Of a stretch of 25,818 nt of DNA, positions 24,634-25,818 are shown piece after piece (the first letter of the stretch is position 1; each line of letters begins with the position of its first letter). Position numbers and translations under genes: made by a program. The notes beneath the pieces are model-generated. The model made no database searches. It had not been told where the DNA came from and worked only from the letters and a program-made list of their open reading frames with translations. The stretch comes from Clostridiales bacterium. GTDB taxonomy: Bacteria; Bacillota; Clostridia; Oscillospirales; Oscillospiraceae. The DNA lies in contig JAAYWX010000005.1 of the NCBI GenBank assembly GCA_012516225.1, forward strand, positions 1-25,818, read 5' to 3'.

Positions 24634-25044
24634 TTAATTTTTGACCCGGCTATAAATCTGACAGATATATGAGGACAGTCCGGCACATACAAGCAAAACG
24701 CCGGCGACCCAGTAAACCGAAGTATATCCGGATGACGTTCCGTAAATATCAAGTATACCTTTTATACAGCTTCCCGTCGTAAATGATGCTATACCGGAAT
24801 TATAGCTCCTTTTAGCCGCGGGTGTGGGGAAAGGAAGCTTATTTATGAGGCCTATTGCGGTAAACGGCAGTGTCCCTCCAGCAAGTGGAAACATAAAAAG
24901 ATATACCATGAAGTCGGAATATACCCCATGGCTGAAGTGCTCATAAATGGCACTGAACATGCCGCAAAACATAGATACGCAAAGATATATTATGGCTATT
25001 CTTCCAGTCTGCAGTTTTTTAGCTTTAGTATCCGATAAAGACAA
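24634..25044 (-). CDS. Hypothetical membrane protein (about 4 TM segments)
   Basis: 136 aa, hydrophobic. YEHFSHGVYS motif. Overlaps the end of the upstream gene. Confidence 0.75.
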   Translation of the reverse strand: MSLSDTKAKKLQTGRIAIIYLCVSMFCGMFSAIYEHFSHGVYSDFMVYLFMFPLAGGTLPFTAIGLINKLPFPTPAAKRSYNSGIASFTTGSCIKGILDIYGTSSGYTSVYWVAGVLLVCAGLSSYICQIYSRVKN

Positions 25045-25816
25045 TATCGCTCACGCTCCTTTCTTTAATTATGCTTCCGGTTGAAGTGGGGTTATTTACA
25101 ACACTACCATCAAAAACCATTGTCGACGAGCCTCCCCCATCAAGGTTGTATGCGGTTTCAACGCCCAGATCCTGCATAAATTCGGCAAGCTGAAGAAGGG
25201 TAAGCCCCGCGCTTTCCTCAGTGCGTCCGTCCGAAACTACAAAAACGTAGTGCAGGGCCTCTATTTGACCGATGGCTGTTCTCGGATTGCTTGCCTTAGC
25301 CTTATCAACTTCATCTTTACTTGATACTGATATTTTGCCGTTTTCAATCAGTCCGGGACCGAATGAGAGTACATGCACAGCTCCGTCCTGTATGAGATCT
25401 GATGCAGTGATTGAACCTTCCGATATAATCTGAAAAGTACCGTCTTTATATATTGCAAGATCTTCCTGAGCTCCGCTCCTTGGGGTTTCTCTGTATAGAA
25501 CGCCGTTGCGAATGACATAGCCGCTGTTTTGGACACCATAAAAATCTCCGTTTACGGCGAGGATTGCATTATTTTCAGAAGCAATTTCAGAGGTCTGCTT
25601 TTTTATGTTTTTTCCGAAAACACCGTCAGCAAAGGCGGTTTTTAAGTATTCCGCGCTTGACAATGAAATGTCAGCAACGTATATGTCAGTATCATATTTG
25701 CGATATTTTGTTATTGAAATCTTTATGTTTTCGTCGCTGTACGAATTTTTGGTTATGGCAGCCTGAGAAGGCGATAAATCTGCGTCCTGCCCGGTTGCAG
25801 CGCTGTTTTCATTGGA
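25025..25816 (-). CDS. Phosphodiester glycosidase family (NAGPA/DUF2233, EpsL-like), partial; 5' end lies outside the window
   Basis: AVNGDFY, SFGP, NPRTAIG, YNLDGGGSS. The frame stays open upstream of 25663 to the window edge (...YSDENIKISITKYRKYDTDIYVADIS). Confidence 0.9.
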   Translation of the reverse strand, partial: SNENSAATGQDADLSPSQAAITKNSYSDENIKISITKYRKYDTDIYVADISLSSAEYLKTAFADGVFGKNIKKQTSEIASENNAILAVNGDFYGVQNSGYVIRNGVLYRETPRSGAQEDLAIYKDGTFQIISEGSITASDLIQDGAVHVLSFGPGLIENGKISVSSKDEVDKAKASNPRTAIGQIEALHYVFVVSDGRTEESAGLTLLQLAEFMQDLGVETAYNLDGGGSSTMVFDGSVVNNPTSTGSIIKERSVSDIVFIGY

Positions 25817-25818
25817 AG

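Overview
Clostridia-type Firmicute DNA (SLH-domain protein, spoIVF-like genes, Gram-positive RBSs; possibly Oscillospiraceae, by inference). Left to right: (1) the 5' end of a probable Fe-S/flavin oxidoreductase divergent from a LysR regulator. (2) A ~12.5 kb self-contained sugar/polyol catabolic cluster (1537-13995) in four divergent units. It has a galactitol-family PTS (IIA, IIB, IIC) with its own HPr and Enzyme I, a SerA-fold dehydrogenase, a FucA-type class II aldolase, a Zn-finger membrane protein, a SorC-family regulator, a Zn-dependent polyol dehydrogenase, a split transketolase-like enzyme, a HAD phosphatase and an AraD-type class II enzyme. (3) A hairpin-rich 435 bp intergenic region. 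(4) A conserved clostridial block: M23/spoIVFA-like, spoIVFB-like, TIGR03960 radical SAM, TIGR03936 partner. (5) cls, argH, an S8-SLH protease and an MBL hydrolase. (6) The 3' part of a phosphodiester-glycosidase operon. Best candidate for an undescribed system: the PTS cluster. Its transketolase-like enzyme keeps the ThDP machinery but, by manual alignment to E. coli TktA from memory, has lost five canonical substrate-binding residues. A ~28 bp repeat in the divergent promoter region is a candidate operator. No rRNA, tRNA, CRISPR array or transposase was seen. All family calls are by motif recognition; no database searches were run.
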